From positions 131,762-195,761 of IMG/VR virus record IMGVR_UViG_3300050034_000187: a stretch of 64,000 bases of DNA; one strand, 5' to 3'. Origin of the DNA: a virus. Both the position numbers and the translations under genes were made by a program. Below the pieces are notes generated by a model. That model was not told where the DNA came from. It did no database searches and worked only from the letters and a program-made list of their open reading frames with translations. Positions 38,140 through 48,001 of the stretch are shown piece by piece; the stretch's first letter is position 1; each line of letters begins with the position of its first letter.

Positions 38140-38409
38140 ATGGATGATGAATATAAAATTGGAGATTATGCAGTAATTCACACGCTGACGAAGACCTGTT
38201 TAATTGGAGTAGTAATTGAATTACATTATTGTGAGAATCTCGTTCATGGTCATGATGACGATGATGTTATTTATTTTAGAATAATTAATAATCTATGTAA
38301 GTATATCTGGATGGTGCCATATGATAAATCAAAATTAAATGATTATGGCATCAGTTTTATCAGAAAGCCATCTAATGAAGAAGTTTTACAATACATTATG
38401 GAACAATGA
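38140..38409 (+). CDS. C-terminal-tag family
   Basis: MDDEYKIGDYA…PSNEEVLQYIMEQ. Confidence 0.82.
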   Translation: MDDEYKIGDYAVIHTLTKTCLIGVVIELHYCENLVHGHDDDDVIYFRIINNLCKYIWMVPYDKSKLNDYGISFIRKPSNEEVLQYIMEQ

Positions 38410-38418
38410 GGAGAACAT

Positions 38419-38661
38419 ATGAAACATACATTTCAAAGTGGAGATATTTTTGAATTTTCAACAAAGGATTATCACTTTATTGTTAAAGTTGAATCAATTG
38501 ATATCTCTTCGGAAGAACTAGAAATAACTTATCGAAATACAACTACCGGGTTAACTGGGAATGAGCAAGGAGGTTTTAAAACCCTTGCACTCTGGGAAGA
38601 ATCATTGGATTTTCATCTTTATAATGACGAAGAAAAAATGCAATATATTATGGAGCAATAA
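38419..38661 (+). CDS. C-terminal-tag family (YNEEEK subtype)
   Basis: FQSGDIF…YNDEEKMQYIMEQ. Confidence 0.82.
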   Translation: MKHTFQSGDIFEFSTKDYHFIVKVESIDISSEELEITYRNTTTGLTGNEQGGFKTLALWEESLDFHLYNDEEKMQYIMEQ

Positions 38662-38663
38662 AC

Positions 38664-38918
38664 ATGGATGATGAATATCAAATTGGGGATTATGCAGAAA
38701 TTCACACGATGGGGCAGAATTGTTTAATCGGAATAGTAACCGAATTACATGACGAGGCATTTTCTGGAGAGGATGTTATTACTTTCACCATAATTGATAA
38801 TACTCCTTATAAGGAATGGCTGGTTCCTTATAACAAATCAAAATTAAATTATTATGCTACGAGTTTTATCAGAAAGCTATCTAATGAAGAAGTTTTACAA
38901 TACATTATGGAACAATGA
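38664..38918 (+). CDS. C-terminal-tag family
   Basis: MDDEYQIGDYA…LSNEEVLQYIMEQ. Confidence 0.82.
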   Translation: MDDEYQIGDYAEIHTMGQNCLIGIVTELHDEAFSGEDVITFTIIDNTPYKEWLVPYNKSKLNYYATSFIRKLSNEEVLQYIMEQ

Positions 38919-38927
38919 GGAGAACAT

Positions 38928-39176
38928 ATGAAATTTAAAATTGGAGAATATTTAAAAATTGTTTTGGAAGTTGATGCTAATACTCAACCGTTATTAGGAA
39001 AAATTACAGACACCAATAGTTCTATCAATTCTGGAATACCTGTAGCTGTTTGCCAGATCATAAGTGGGAGAACTTATTTTATTCCTCACAATCGCAAAAA
39101 ATGGTATCCTTATAACATTCTGTCGATTGAGAGATTGTCTGATGAAGAAGCAATGCAATGGAAAATGGAGTTATAA
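38928..39176 (+). CDS. C-terminal-tag family
   Basis: MKFKIGEYL…LSDEEAMQWKMEL. Confidence 0.82.
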   Translation: MKFKIGEYLKIVLEVDANTQPLLGKITDTNSSINSGIPVAVCQIISGRTYFIPHNRKKWYPYNILSIERLSDEEAMQWKMEL

Positions 39177-39634
39177 TGTTTTTACCAAATCAATATGTTA
39201 AAATTATTCCAGATAAAATATCTTGCTGTTTCTGGAAATATGCATTATTTACTGGATATTCCAGACAAAATGGAAAACCCCAACTACAACTACCAGATGG
39301 ACGAAGTTTTGAAGCAGATGATACTTGCATGGGCCATCTTACTCCAGAAGAGGCATCTCAATGGATGTTCGAGTTTCAATGCATTGATTACATCTATGAC
39401 AATGTTGGAGAAAAGATTCATACTAATGATTATATAAAATATGTTAATAGATCAAGTGGGAAACAAAGCTTTGGGATAGTTACTTCCTTTGATTTTCCAA
39501 CATTATTTATTAAAGATTTAATTCATAAAGAAAATACATATTCGGAATTCGAAAAGTATGTTTATATATATTCACAAGAATATGTTGGTAAATCATGCGA
39601 AGAAGATTATGTACAATGGATGATGGAGCAATGA
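39176..39634 (+). CDS. C-terminal-tag family (fusion of two units)
   Basis: Internal degenerate tag LTPEEASQWMFEF plus terminal SCEEDYVQWMMEQ. Confidence 0.8.
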   Translation: MFLPNQYVKIIPDKISCCFWKYALFTGYSRQNGKPQLQLPDGRSFEADDTCMGHLTPEEASQWMFEFQCIDYIYDNVGEKIHTNDYIKYVNRSSGKQSFGIVTSFDFPTLFIKDLIHKENTYSEFEKYVYIYSQEYVGKSCEEDYVQWMMEQ

Positions 39635-40024
39635 TCATAGACGTTTGACTACAATAGTCGAGCGTCTTTTCTTTTTTTGTATAAGTAAGTTTAATGATGT
39701 AGCAGGACCACAAATGAGATTGGTATTTCGAGTAGCTAATATCTTGAAAATTCTATTAAACTTTGAAAATTCCTCATGCAAAAATATATTAATGGGCAAT
39801 AGTTTGTTACTTTCAAACCACCATCGTTCTCCAAGTTCCAAAAATTCCTTCTGCTCTTCTTTGGAAGTTAACAACCCAAAATCATATACGCACGTTATGG
39901 TTTGATCATAATGCTGAATAATTCCTACAATCTCTTCATCTTCCTTTTCTCCATATACTATAATAGATAAGAAAGGATATTTTTCGGAAAGTGCTGTATG
40001 TAACTGTTCTATATTTCTTGACAA
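39635..40024 (-). CDS. phage hypothetical protein
   Basis: YPFLS…VGIIQ…FLELGERWWFESN..LPINIFL; TAAATA upstream. Confidence 0.7.
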   Translation of the reverse strand: MSRNIEQLHTALSEKYPFLSIIVYGEKEDEEIVGIIQHYDQTITCVYDFGLLTSKEEQKEFLELGERWWFESNKLLPINIFLHEEFSKFNRIFKILATRNTNLICGPATSLNLLIQKKKRRSTIVVKRL

Positions 40025-40209
40025 TATATTATTCCTATTTCATATCTATTTATATAATTATTTTTTGGACGAGTATCATTTTAAGCTATGGGCTGGTTAT
40101 ATTAAAAGCACTATATCTTGTGTAGTAAATTATCATAGACAACTAGGTGCGACATGTTTTTCGTATAGATCTTTACGGGTTTCCTGTCACGCTCTTGATA
40201 AATATATAC

Positions 40210-40983
40210 ATGGAAATTAAAAGCTATTTCGAGTGGTATCATTTACGAGCTATATTCCCATCATCAGAATCAAGTTATTCGTTTAAGGAAGAGAGTATAA
40301 TGTATACAAATCCAATCAAGTTATATAGTGGTGTTGATAATCCAATTAAGGTTCGATGCCTTGATTCCGAGCAAAAAAGAGTTAATGTTTCTAATATGAC
40401 TATACAACTGAATATATTCGAATCAGAAACAAATAATGTATTAGCTACTTCTAATGCTTCTTCTATTGATAATGCAAATGGTAAAATATTATCTCAATTC
40501 AATTCGAATCAGTTAGAAGGTTTGGATTTTGGTGATTATGAAATTGCCATGACTTCTCAAGATATTAATGGGAATATATATCCAATTTATATGGATGATA
40601 ATTATACTTCCCGATTACCTCTTACATTATTACGAGGTCCAGTAAATGCAAATTCTGAACCAATAGATTTATTGTGGACAAATAATGATAATTCTGGAGT
40701 AACTTCACAATACGTCAATTTGAGTGATAGGCCGATACTTAGTACTTTGGCAACGGCATGCTTAAATTTAAATAGTTATAGCGGGAATGTGGTTGCGCAA
40801 GGATCAATTATTACTACGCCTTCCGAAACAGATTTTGCAAATATTTCGTATGTAAATTATAGTAATACATCTGGATTAGTTTTTCAAAATGTGGAAGGAT
40901 CATATGGAACGATTAGATTTTTATTGGATGCTGCTATAGGGAACGCCAATTCATATATTTTAGGCGGGAATGTACGAATCTAA
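40210..40983 (+). CDS. probable late/structural beta-rich protein
   Basis: TAAATA-5-ATG; Asn/Ser/Thr-rich; IKLYSGVDNPI. Confidence 0.6.
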   Translation: MEIKSYFEWYHLRAIFPSSESSYSFKEESIMYTNPIKLYSGVDNPIKVRCLDSEQKRVNVSNMTIQLNIFESETNNVLATSNASSIDNANGKILSQFNSNQLEGLDFGDYEIAMTSQDINGNIYPIYMDDNYTSRLPLTLLRGPVNANSEPIDLLWTNNDNSGVTSQYVNLSDRPILSTLATACLNLNSYSGNVVAQGSIITTPSETDFANISYVNYSNTSGLVFQNVEGSYGTIRFLLDAAIGNANSYILGGNVRI

Positions 40984-41025
40984 TTAACATTTGAATTTCC
41001 ATTTTTTGCTTGCTATGATTAATTC

Positions 41026-42015
41026 ATGAATGAGATATTGCAAGCAGTTTATGATAAATGGATGATGACTTCGAAAGTAAAAACCAGCCAAGGCGGTTGG
41101 TTATGCCGAAATGCAGTATGCTGTATACATAGGGGAGAATCGCAAGATAAGAGGGGTAGGGGCAATTTAAAGATAGAGGGTGATAGAATCTCCACCAATT
41201 GCTTTAACTGTGGCTTCAAGGCATCTTATACGATTGGGCGATCCATTTATCCAAAGTTTGAGAACTTCCTTTCTTGGCTTGGTTTTGGGTCTAGAGAAAT
41301 TGAGCAATTTAAATTAATTGCATTTAAAAATAAAACAGTATCCAATCATTCAATTGAAAAAGTTATTCATCCAACTATTCCAATGGATATTCCAGATGTA
41401 TTCCAAATAAGCAACGATTCTCGTTTTCTAGAATATCTAAAATCCAGAAGAATTGATAAAAATATATATCCATTTTTAGGAAGCAATAACGTTCGTTATA
41501 AAAATAGAATTATTATTCCATTTATACAGAATGATATTATTATTGGATTTAGTGCTAGAAGTATAGATGAAAATAATCCAAATAGATTCATAATGAAAAA
41601 AAATGGAGAATATGTTTTTGGAATGGATTTTGTTAAACCAGAACATCACTGGGTAATTGTAACCGAGGGATTATTTAATGCATTAAGTGTTAAGGGATTA
41701 GCTGTTTTACATAATGTAATAAGTGAAGAGCAAGGTGAGATGATTCATGATTTAGGAAAAAGAATAATTGTAGTTCCTGATTATGATAAAACTGGTCTAT
41801 CAAAAAAAGAAGGAAGTCTTATTAGTACCGCAAAAGATTATGGTTGGGATGTTTCTTTTCCAGATTGGGAATGCGATGATATCAATGAAGCACACATAAA
41901 ATATGGACCGTTATATGTTGTTTCTATGATATTGAAACATGCCACGCACAATGAACTTAAAATATATCAGGAACAAGCTTACAGACTTAATAAAGTAAAA
42001 ACTAGGAGATTTTAA
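41026..42015 (+). CDS. DNA primase (gp61-like)
   Basis: Zn-binding CC…CFNCG, YLKSR, RIIIPF…GFSARS, TOPRIM VTEGLFNA…VPDYD..G, DINE. Confidence 0.88.
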   Translation: MNEILQAVYDKWMMTSKVKTSQGGWLCRNAVCCIHRGESQDKRGRGNLKIEGDRISTNCFNCGFKASYTIGRSIYPKFENFLSWLGFGSREIEQFKLIAFKNKTVSNHSIEKVIHPTIPMDIPDVFQISNDSRFLEYLKSRRIDKNIYPFLGSNNVRYKNRIIIPFIQNDIIIGFSARSIDENNPNRFIMKKNGEYVFGMDFVKPEHHWVIVTEGLFNALSVKGLAVLHNVISEEQGEMIHDLGKRIIVVPDYDKTGLSKKEGSLISTAKDYGWDVSFPDWECDDINEAHIKYGPLYVVSMILKHATHNELKIYQEQAYRLNKVKTRRF

Positions 42016-43367
42016 TGGAATTTGATACAAAGGTGCAGCAATTATTTTTGGAATTTATGGTGTCAACTCCGGCATTATATACGCGAGTACAAAATATTTT
42101 TAATCCAGATAACTTTGATAAAAGTTTAAAAGTGGCAGCAGAATTCATCCAAGCTCACGCAGAACAATATTCTGGTTTACCTAAATTTGAACAGTTGAAT
42201 GCTGTTACTTCTGGGAATTTTATTGAGGTAAGCGGGATTAATGATAGCCAAGAAGAATGGTTCTTTGAGAACTTTGAAAAATTTACAAGACAACAAGAAC
42301 TATCTTCTGCAATTAGAAAAAGCATCGACCTATTAGAAAAGGGAGAGTTTGATCCAGTTGAAAAGCTTATTAAAGATGCCGTTCAAATCGGTCTTACTAG
42401 AGATTTAGGTATTAGCTATCATGAAGATCCGCGTGCTCGACTACTTAAATTGCGAGATTCAAACGGCCAACAAAGTACTGGATGGAAAACTTTTGATACT
42501 TTTTTATTTGGCGGAATGTCCAGAGGAGAACTTCATATTTTTTCTGCTCCATCGGGTGGCGGCAAAAGCTTAGCTCTTCAAAATCTTGCATTGAATTGGG
42601 CAGAGATGGGATTGAATGGTATCTATATTAGTTTGGAGCTATCTCAAGAATTAGTTGCTTTTCGCATTGATTCAATGTTAACTGGATATTCCAGTAAAGA
42701 GATTTTCAAGAATCTAGATGACGTTGAATTAAAAGTGAAGTTTGCTGGAAAGAAGCAAGGCAAACTTAAAATTAAGTATATGCCGTCTAGTAGTAATACC
42801 AATGCTATCAGGGCATATATTAAAGAATTAAAAATTAAGGAGCAATTCCGTCCAGATTTTATTATGGTAGATTATCTTGGATTAGTTATGCCGTCTGGTT
42901 GTAAAGTTGATCCATCTAACATGTTCATGCGAGATAAGTACACTTCGGAAGAACTTAGAAATATTGCTATGGAAGAAGATGCAATTCTTTGTACTGCTGC
43001 TCAGATTAATCGAGATGGAATTGATGCAAGTGAATTTTCTCAATCTCAAATTTCAGGAGGATTATCACAAATTTTCTCATGTGATAGCCTAATGGGAATT
43101 TATCAAACAAAGGCAATGAGAGAAGCCGGAGAGATGCAATTTCAATTCCTCAAAACTCGCAATAGTTCTGGAGTAGGAAGTAAATTGGATATGGCATATA
43201 ATATAGATTCCATGCGAATTTCTGACCTAGAAGGTGGTAGTAGAATGGGCAATGGAATGACTGGTTCTAATGTATTAGCTCAAATTAAGAATACAAATCA
43301 AGCATCTAAAAGTGCTCCGGATATGAAAGCACAATTATCTGCTTTGATGAATAAGGTGAAATCATGA
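42015..43367 (+). CDS. replicative DnaB-like helicase (gp41-like)
   Basis: Walker A APSGGGKS, YISLEL, IMVDYL, TAAQINR, KTRNS. Confidence 0.92.
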   Translation: MEFDTKVQQLFLEFMVSTPALYTRVQNIFNPDNFDKSLKVAAEFIQAHAEQYSGLPKFEQLNAVTSGNFIEVSGINDSQEEWFFENFEKFTRQQELSSAIRKSIDLLEKGEFDPVEKLIKDAVQIGLTRDLGISYHEDPRARLLKLRDSNGQQSTGWKTFDTFLFGGMSRGELHIFSAPSGGGKSLALQNLALNWAEMGLNGIYISLELSQELVAFRIDSMLTGYSSKEIFKNLDDVELKVKFAGKKQGKLKIKYMPSSSNTNAIRAYIKELKIKEQFRPDFIMVDYLGLVMPSGCKVDPSNMFMRDKYTSEELRNIAMEEDAILCTAAQINRDGIDASEFSQSQISGGLSQIFSCDSLMGIYQTKAMREAGEMQFQFLKTRNSSGVGSKLDMAYNIDSMRISDLEGGSRMGNGMTGSNVLAQIKNTNQASKSAPDMKAQLSALMNKVKS

Positions 43368-43603
43368 TCTTAAAAGAAGGTGATTATATTTGGATAGAAT
43401 GGAATGAAGATATAAATTATGATATTTTGGGCAAGAGAACTTTATTTCGCTGTTCTCTTGCCATCGATAGTTTAATGTATTGTGAAAGTGGAAGTATTGC
43501 GGCAATGAATGTCAGCATAGATACCGAAGAAAAATCATACATGTATTCCGCAATATATCCAGCAACAGACGAGGAAGTTATTCAATGGAAAATGGAGCAA
43601 TAA
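43364..43603 (+). CDS. C-terminal-tag family
   Basis: LKEGDYI…ATDEEVIQWKMEQ. Confidence 0.8.
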   Translation: MILKEGDYIWIEWNEDINYDILGKRTLFRCSLAIDSLMYCESGSIAAMNVSIDTEEKSYMYSAIYPATDEEVIQWKMEQ

Positions 43604-43860
43604 ATAATGATTCAATAGAATTCAAGGTAGGCGATAAAGTTATCATCTATTTTTCAAAATTAGCAAGAAGTCAAACCTTGCCGTTTTTATGGGAATGTAT
43701 AGAATTAAAAAATATTGTTACCATGCTATGCACCTCCGGGAATTTACATAATAAACTTATGATTCCAAGGTTTTATAAAGATCTTGAATATTATCCAATG
43801 TACACAGATATTCATATAGCATCTGATGAAGAGATCCTACAAATACAAATGGAACTTTAA
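43585..43860 (+). CDS. C-terminal-tag family (start uncertain)
   Basis: FKVGDKV…ASDEEILQIQMEL. Confidence 0.7.
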   Translation: MENGAINNDSIEFKVGDKVIIYFSKLARSQTLPFLWECIELKNIVTMLCTSGNLHNKLMIPRFYKDLEYYPMYTDIHIASDEEILQIQMEL

Positions 43861-45392
43861 TATACTTGCGATTTGATTACTTTAAATTCTCCATTCGATA
43901 ATTTTTGTACAATTTGGATTTCCTTCTTATTTCCCTGAATATTTGGATATTTTGTGCTATATGCAAATCTTGCTTTGCATTCTCCCAATGTTAGAGGATT
44001 TTCTGTATCACTTGCCCAAATCCATTTTGGATTATTAACATCAACATATCTTACTCGAAGCAAATATTCTTTATTTCCATATCTTCGGAGTATGTTTTTC
44101 GTTTGAAGTATATCAATTCTTCCAGTCATAAATTTCACATATGTTCCATATAGTTCATTATTTTTGGATGGCAAAGAAGCAAGCATTGCTCCCCATTTTT
44201 TGAGATATTCTTTTTTATTCATGTCTGGAGATAATGCAACATTCAATGTAACAATATATTTGGTCAAAGTGAATAATAATTTATCTAATCCTTGCTGTAA
44301 CCAGTTTCCTCCCGGCGCTCGAAATTCTACATAATTTGCATCTTCTGCATGTTCCAAATTAATGCTATTTCCATGATTTTCTGCACCAAATAAAGATTTT
44401 GCATATTCATTCATTGTTTCATCAAACCCGCTTTTCGCCACATTTAAAAACTTTTCAGAGGCGGCGCGATGATGTATTAATGCGGTTTTAATTTTATCAA
44501 ATGACGATTGGCAATAATGATTACTAGCTCTAGAAAATTGATCTAGAATATATTTGTCTCCGGATAATAAACACAATTTAATATAATTTAAATTCTTTAA
44601 ATTTTTTCCTTTAATGGAAACGTTCATATGAAGTCCGGTGCTATTATCGGTTTTACATCCATAATCCTTCATCCAAGCAAGTATATTTTTTAAATGTATA
44701 ATCATCTTTTCAGTTGGCATTGGAGGAGAAACTAATTCCAAACCAATATAATCATAATCCGCAGTCATAGAAGTATCTGGTTCTAGTGCGTACTCATTGG
44801 CGGTTCTTTTTACCCCATGATATTCAGTTCCATAATTGACTTTAATTCCTATTTTTTGAATATCCTTTGCAATTTTCTTAATACATCCAGCATAATCTCG
44901 AATCGTCGGCATATCCATGCCCTGATTTTTTATAAAATCTGTAAATGTTTTAATACCTTCCCATTTTAAATATTTCTTTTCATGATCTGCATCATCATGA
45001 TCTTCAATCCAAATTGAAATCCAATCTTTTCTAACATGATTTTTATCAGCATTTGATAAATTATTCAAGGACTCATTAAATTCATCATCTGATATATCTT
45101 CGGGTGATATTTCTTCAACATAATTTTTATAAATTTCATTTTCGTCATTATCAAACAAATCATCGGCGGTACTTTTTAAATAATCAATATATTGATCATG
45201 AAAATTTTTATACTCTTGCTTAGATATATGTGATTCCACATCAGAAATAAAATGAATATTAAAATCTGGAATTGGGGGACGAGGAATAATCATTTCGAAT
45301 TCCATACCAACCAATGCAGGAATGTTTTTGGTTCTAGACAATAATATATTTGGACTGGCTTTATATTCAATAAGAAAATCTTTAATCATCAT
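43857..45392 (-). CDS. putative amidoligase (COOH-NH2 ligase family)
   Basis: VGMEFE, EPDTSM, GLELVSPP, STGLHMNVS, VEFRAPGG; TAAATA leaderless start. Confidence 0.75.
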   Translation of the reverse strand: MMIKDFLIEYKASPNILLSRTKNIPALVGMEFEMIIPRPPIPDFNIHFISDVESHISKQEYKNFHDQYIDYLKSTADDLFDNDENEIYKNYVEEISPEDISDDEFNESLNNLSNADKNHVRKDWISIWIEDHDDADHEKKYLKWEGIKTFTDFIKNQGMDMPTIRDYAGCIKKIAKDIQKIGIKVNYGTEYHGVKRTANEYALEPDTSMTADYDYIGLELVSPPMPTEKMIIHLKNILAWMKDYGCKTDNSTGLHMNVSIKGKNLKNLNYIKLCLLSGDKYILDQFSRASNHYCQSSFDKIKTALIHHRAASEKFLNVAKSGFDETMNEYAKSLFGAENHGNSINLEHAEDANYVEFRAPGGNWLQQGLDKLLFTLTKYIVTLNVALSPDMNKKEYLKKWGAMLASLPSKNNELYGTYVKFMTGRIDILQTKNILRRYGNKEYLLRVRYVDVNNPKWIWASDTENPLTLGECKARFAYSTKYPNIQGNKKEIQIVQKLSNGEFKVIKSQVY

Positions 45393-45529
45393 GATAATAA
45401 TATTTATCCTTGACAGAAATTTTAATATCTGGTATTATTTGTTTGAACAGGTGTGGATGGATTAGAAGCATTATGAACATCTATGAGATGTTTGATGTTC
45501 AGCTAGACGCCAAACCTGTAAGGAGGAAT

Positions 45530-45778
45530 ATGTTTATCACAATTATCATCTGTAATGCCATTTTAGCGATGTATGGGTTGCGGTTATCCTATAAGGCCCG
45601 GCATCCAAAACATATGCATACGTTTGATAGTACCAAGTGGGTCGCAGAGCAAAGTATCAAGCATTCCGAGCGCAGCCCATATACAGGGGAATGGCTTTCT
45701 TGTGGGAAAACTACGTACTATTCCAACGTATGTCTGACATGTGGGGATAGAGTTGTAAAAGGGTCAAATTATGATTAA
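45530..45778 (+). CDS. small membrane-anchored protein
   Basis: AGGAGG SD; N-terminal TM; CLTCG. Confidence 0.55.
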   Translation: MFITIIICNAILAMYGLRLSYKARHPKHMHTFDSTKWVAEQSIKHSERSPYTGEWLSCGKTTYYSNVCLTCGDRVVKGSNYD

Positions 45779-45936
45779 CTCCATAATTTTTGGCTCTATG
45801 ATCCTCATTCTCGTTGCTATGAATCTCGCGTACCTCCATCAAAAGTATGCCTATATTTGGAGTGTAGGTGGGGCAAGATGCGGGAGCGTGGTGCCGGATC
45901 ATGCGAGAAATGCAAATGGAAAATGGAGAGATAACT

Positions 45937-46146
45937 ATGAAATACATTCGAGCAAATTCTAATAATAAAGTGTTTAATTGTAAAAATTGTATTGGTGTGG
46001 ATGGAAAAGCGGATATGAATATAGGATACACGGTGATTGTATCCAAAAATATTTTTGGATTGCAGAACTGCTCCTGTGTTACTGCAAATGAAAACATTAT
46101 TGAAGTACCAGAAGAAGAAGTAATTCAATGGAAAATGGAGAAGTGA
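45937..46146 (+). CDS. C-terminal-tag family (Cys-rich body)
   Basis: CKNCI…CSC…VPEEEVIQWKMEK. Confidence 0.75.
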   Translation: MKYIRANSNNKVFNCKNCIGVDGKADMNIGYTVIVSKNIFGLQNCSCVTANENIIEVPEEEVIQWKMEK

Positions 46147-46148
46147 AT

Positions 46149-47138
46149 ATGATCCAGTTATATAAAACATTATATGGTTCAAAGTTATATGGAACCTCGA
46201 TTGAAACATCGGATACAGATTATAAAGTAATTATGCTGCCCAATTTAAATGAATTGCTTTTGGGGAATCGTCTTGCATCCACCGTTGCCAAAACTAATAT
46301 TTCTGCTCATACCAAAAATGAAGCGGAAGATGTAGACATTGAATATATTCCATTACAGATTTTTGCCAAGCATTATTTAAGTGGCCAAGCTTATGCATTA
46401 GAAGTATGCAATGCTGCCTTCTGCACTGGGACAATATATGATAATAGGTTTCTTGAATTTTGTAAGAAACTGCAAGATAATTTTTTAACATCTGATTTAA
46501 CTTCGATGATTTCATATAGTGTAGATCAGGCTAATTTATATTCAGATAAAGGGCACCGCCTAAATGTGATATTAGAAGTTGAGAAGGTATTCTTAAAGTT
46601 TCCTCCGAATGATAAATTAAAAGATCATTCTCTAAAATTAAAAGAATTGATGCTGCCTATTTTGAAAAAGTATCCAGAGTATTTCTCATTTGATTTATAT
46701 GAAGCATCTATGGGGAAATATATGCCGTGTTTAAAAGTCAATACAAAAACGTTTCCTTATACCAATTCATTTCATATTGGTTTGCAAACCATTTCCTCCA
46801 TGAAAAAGAAATATGGTGCCCGAGTTAAGTCAGCAGCAAATGCTGATGGCAGCGATTTCAAAGCAATGGGACATGCTCTTCGTATCATTTTGGAAGGGCA
46901 AGATCTTCTTACGAATAGGAAAATTATATTTCCATATTCGGAAAAGCGAGTTAATTTAATTAAAAACGTTCGCATGGGGAAATATTCAAGAGAAGAAATA
47001 TCAAAAATAATCGAAGCACAACTTACAAATTTGAAATCATTGGAAGAAGCTTCTACCTTGCAAAAGCCATCGGAAGAGTTATCCAATAAATTAAATGAAT
47101 TTGTTATCAAAGAATTGCGAGGATTTTATGAAATCTGA
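46149..47138 (+). CDS. Pol-beta-superfamily nucleotidyltransferase
   Basis: GSKLYGT…SDTDYK, YG.R, DFKAMGHALR. Confidence 0.8.
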   Translation: MIQLYKTLYGSKLYGTSIETSDTDYKVIMLPNLNELLLGNRLASTVAKTNISAHTKNEAEDVDIEYIPLQIFAKHYLSGQAYALEVCNAAFCTGTIYDNRFLEFCKKLQDNFLTSDLTSMISYSVDQANLYSDKGHRLNVILEVEKVFLKFPPNDKLKDHSLKLKELMLPILKKYPEYFSFDLYEASMGKYMPCLKVNTKTFPYTNSFHIGLQTISSMKKKYGARVKSAANADGSDFKAMGHALRIILEGQDLLTNRKIIFPYSEKRVNLIKNVRMGKYSREEISKIIEAQLTNLKSLEEASTLQKPSEELSNKLNEFVIKELRGFYEI

Positions 47139-47352
47139 ACATCTTAAAAAGGGAGATTGTGGAAAAATAATCTCTACTGATACTTTCGATGATTTTATTG
47201 ATCTGCGTTCGGGAGAGTTGGCGGTTATTGAAGACCTAAATAATTACACATTTTTTGTTTGTTGTCATAATCATCGCAAGCAGTGGATTCCGAAAGATTC
47301 TATTGTTCCTGCAAGTGAAGAAGAAGTTCTGCAATATATTATGGAGCAATAA
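47128..47352 (+). CDS. C-terminal-tag family
   Basis: LKKGDCG…ASEEEVLQYIMEQ. Confidence 0.8.
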   Translation: MKSEHLKKGDCGKIISTDTFDDFIDLRSGELAVIEDLNNYTFFVCCHNHRKQWIPKDSIVPASEEEVLQYIMEQ

Positions 47353-47549
47353 TGTTTTCTGAGTGGAGAGATGGCTGCGTTATGATTAATAGGAAAACCA
47401 ACGAAGTTATTCATGTGAAAAATGTATATAGTGCCAATACTTATAGAAAAAATGATGGAATTATATATCATACGAATATCATTTCTGGAAGTGATTTTAA
47501 AATATTTTCGTGTGAGGAGGATTATTTACAATGGATGATGGAGCAATAA
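47352..47549 (+). CDS. C-terminal-tag family
   Basis: SCEEDYLQWMMEQ. Confidence 0.78.
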   Translation: MFSEWRDGCVMINRKTNEVIHVKNVYSANTYRKNDGIIYHTNIISGSDFKIFSCEEDYLQWMMEQ

Positions 47550-47770
47550 ATGAAAAATATTATATTTTTACAGTTTCGGAAGACGATGACTGTTATTGTT
47601 ATAATTGCATTGCTTCTAGGTCGAAATATCCGAGACACGCCTTATATGATTTTAAAAGTATTAATAAGATGGGAAGGTTAATACCGGAGCCGTGCCATTG
47701 CCATCAGCCTCTTGCCAAATGGGAAAAACTATCCGACGAAGAATATCTACAATATATAATGGAGAACTAA
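47531..47770 (+). CDS. C-terminal-tag family (Cys-rich body; start uncertain)
   Basis: CYNCIASR…CHC…LSDEEYLQYIMEN. Confidence 0.7.
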   Translation: MDDGAINEKYYIFTVSEDDDCYCYNCIASRSKYPRHALYDFKSINKMGRLIPEPCHCHQPLAKWEKLSDEEYLQYIMEN

Positions 47771-47773
47771 TAT

Positions 47774-47998
47774 ATGAATATAAATTATTATAAAAATATG
47801 TATGGCTGTCCCGCCAATCCATCCTGTAAAAATTGCATTGCATCAAGAGATGAAAATAGCATGTTACAATTGGATTTAATTACAAGTATCAATAGATTCT
47901 GCGGCAATAATCCATGCGGATGCATAATATATGATGAGTCGGATGATTGGGAAAAGTTATCAAATGAAGAATCTATGCAATATGTTATGGAGCAATAA
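47774..47998 (+). CDS. C-terminal-tag family (Cys-rich body)
   Basis: CKNCIASR…CGC…LSNEESMQYVMEQ. Confidence 0.78.
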   Translation: MNINYYKNMYGCPANPSCKNCIASRDENSMLQLDLITSINRFCGNNPCGCIIYDESDDWEKLSNEESMQYVMEQ

Positions 47999-48001
47999 TT
48001 A

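Noticed and set aside
17498-39634. Tag arrays as CRISPR arrays or integron cassette arrays
   Set aside because: The repeats are degenerate at synonymous positions and lie inside ORFs. The units are 200-450-nt genes. I saw no palindromic attC-like sites, cas genes or integron integrase.
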